DNA of 63,097 nucleotides, filler included, from Octopus bimaculoides (lineage: Eukaryota): the NCBI RefSeq assembly GCF_001194135.2. It is 7 parts of 7 records of this genome, joined end to end, with 100 filler letters (N's around TTAATTAATTAA, not from the genome) between each part and the next. Parts side by side here need not be neighbours in the genome. Positions count along the whole stretch, not along the records: positions 60,763 to 63,097 come from NW_026338833.1; 6 more parts are not named here. The stretch is one strand, 5' to 3'. The notes under the pieces are model-generated. The model ran no database searches, was not told the DNA's origin, and saw nothing but the letters and a program-made list of their open reading frames with translations. Each line of letters begins with the position of its first letter. Positions within the stretch are counted from its first letter, which is position 1. Both the position numbers and the translations under genes were made by a program. This document shows positions 60,981 to 63,097 of the stretch, piece by piece.

Positions 60981-61042
60981 CTCACACAAACACACACATA
61001 CATACATGTATGCACACAGGGGCGCGCACACCTAGGCAATCA

Positions 61043-61080
<38 letters not shown>

Positions 61081-62119
61081 TATGTGTGTGTATGCACAGC
61101 AAGAAAATGCATAGGCTATGATGGACAGTAATTAACATGTGGAGAACGAATATATATAGTGCGTGTGTTTATTTGCCAAGAAAAAATTACCGTCCCGAAA
61201 TATAACAGTATATATATATATAACAATATATAACTATATATATATATATATATNNNNNNNNNNNNNNNNNNNNNNNNNNNNNNNNNNNNNNNNNNNNNNN
61301 NNNNNNNNNNNNNNNNNNNNNNNNNNNNNNNNNNNNNNNNNNNNNNNNNNNNNNNNNNNNNNNNNNNNNNNNNNNNNNNNNNNNNNNNNNNNNNNNNNNN
61401 NNNNNNNNNNNNNNNNNNNNNNNNNNNNNNNNNNNNNNNNNNNNNNNNNNNNNNNNNNNNNNNNNNNNNNNNNNNNNNNNNNNNNNNNNNNNNNNNNNNN
61501 NNNNNNNNNNNNNNNNNNNNNNNNNNNNNNNNNNNNNNNNNNNNNNNNNNNNNNNNNNNNNNNNNNNNNNNNNNNNNNNNNNNNNNNNNNNNNNNNNNNN
61601 NNNNNNNNNNNNNNNNNNNNNNNNNNNNNNNNNNNNNNNNNNNNNNNNNNNNNNNNNNNNNNNNNNNNNNNNNNNNNNNNNNNNNNNNNNNNNNNNNNNN
61701 NNNNNNNNNNNNNNNNNNNNNNNNNNNNNNNNNNNNNNNNNNNNNNNNNNNNNNNNNNNNNNNNNNNNNNNNNNNNNNNNNNNNNNNNNNNNNNNNNNNN
61801 NNNNNNNNNNNNNNNNNNNNNNNNNNNNNNNNNNNNNNNNNNNNNNNNNNNNNNNNNNNNNNNNNNNNNNNNNNNNNNNNNNNNNNNNNNNNNNNNNNNN
61901 NNNNNNNNNNNNNNNNNNNNNNNNNNNNNNNNNNNNNNNNNNNNNNNNNNNNNNNNNNNNNNNNNNNNNNNNNNNNNNNNNNNNNNNNNNNNNNNNNNNN
62001 NNNNNNNNNNNNNNNNNNNNNNNNNNNNNNNNNNNNNNNNNNNNNNNNNNNNNNNNNNNNNNNNNNNNNNNNNNNNNNNNNNNNNNNNNNNNNNNNNNNN
62101 NNNNNNNNNNNNNNNNNNN

Positions 62120-62520
62120 TGTGTGGTAAGTAGCTTGCTTCTCAACCACATGGTTCCGGGTTCAGTCCCACTGCGTGGCACCTTGGGCAAGTGTCTTCTA
62201 CTATACCCTCGGGCCGACCAAAGCCTTGTGAGTGGATTTGGTTGACGGAAACTGAAAGAAGCCCGTCATATATATATGTATATATATATGTATATAGATG
62301 TGTATGTGTTTGTGTATCTGTGTTTGTCCCCCAACATCGCTTGACAACCGATGCTGGTGTGTTTACGTCCCCGTAACTTAGCGGTTCGGCAAAAGGGGAT
62401 CGATAGAATAACTACTGGGTTTACAAAGATTAAGTCCTGGGGTCGATTTCTTCGACCAAAGGCGGTGCTCCAGCATGGCCGCAGTCAAATGACTGAAACA
62501 AGTAAAAGAGTAAACAAAAA
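62120..62520 (+). mobile_element. SINE family A, near full length
   Basis: GTGTGGTAAGTAGCTTGC through GGCCGCAGTCAAATGACTGAAACAAGTAAAAGAG. Confidence 0.95.
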
Positions 62521-62939
62521 ATAAAGAAGATATTTATCCAAAATGTTTTTAAATTCATTTAATCATTACAAGGTCAGTTCAAATTTAATTTATTTCATAA
62601 TTATATTTATTTAATTATTTATAATTATATTTTTTACAATAACTAAACTTAGATTTTCACTCAATTTGATGTAATTTCTTTCAACACGCCATTCTTATAT
62701 TACATTTTAATCCAGTGCCGATCTCCAAATAGAAGTTTTCCCGCCTCTGGTGTATAGGATTGCCGGCAGTGTCTCATCTTGGCGGTAATCCAATGATAGA
62801 AAGAGTAAAGGTGTTTGTGTGTGTATGTGTGTGTGCATGCGCGCGTGTTAGTGTATGCATCTATGTGCATGTACATGCGTTTGTATGTGTTTGGTTATCT
62901 ATCTAGCCGTATATCTACCTAACATACCTAACTACATGC

Positions 62940-63010
<71 letters not shown>

Positions 63011-63097
63011 CCTGTCTGTCTGTCTGTGTATATGTATGTACATTCGTATATATGTATACAAGTACATATGCCTATATATATATATATATATATATAT
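62940..63097. repeat. (TATC)n-(TGTC)n-(TA)n microsatellite
   Basis: Direct reading. Confidence 0.95.

Noticed and set aside
1302-62245. Dozens of long ORFs in the ORF track (X-runs, YIYI, THTH, LSIY, VCVC peptides)
   Set aside because: They span N-gaps or translate microsatellites and have no coding signal.

Overview
AT-rich, gap-ridden eukaryotic scaffold. The SINE families, extreme microsatellite load and N-gap markers look like a cephalopod (octopus-type) draft assembly; this is inferred from recalled repeat families, not from a search. Most ORF-track entries are N-runs or microsatellite translations. Supportable content: about 20 copies or fragments of one tRNA-derived SINE with an internal (AT)/(GT) tract, and three further SINE-like families. 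There are two mariner elements with intact TIRs, one an in-frame internal-deletion derivative. Decayed RTE, R4/Dong-type, CR1/Jockey-type and two Penelope-like (PLE) retroelements are present, plus a TA-flanked MITE and two minisatellites. One plausible host exon encodes an RI-like LRR (29641-29833) inside a ~20-kb CpG-depleted block. The strongest novel signal is a hammerhead-ribozyme-like motif at 199-259. All three conserved core strands are present and stems I and III are in exact register, but the strand order (A-C-B) matches none of types I/II/III. Several decayed minimal hammerheads occur elsewhere, including one in a tRNA-headed SINE. A near-identical 93-bp inverted duplication brackets the LRR exon. 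No CRISPR array, rRNA or genuine tRNA gene was seen.
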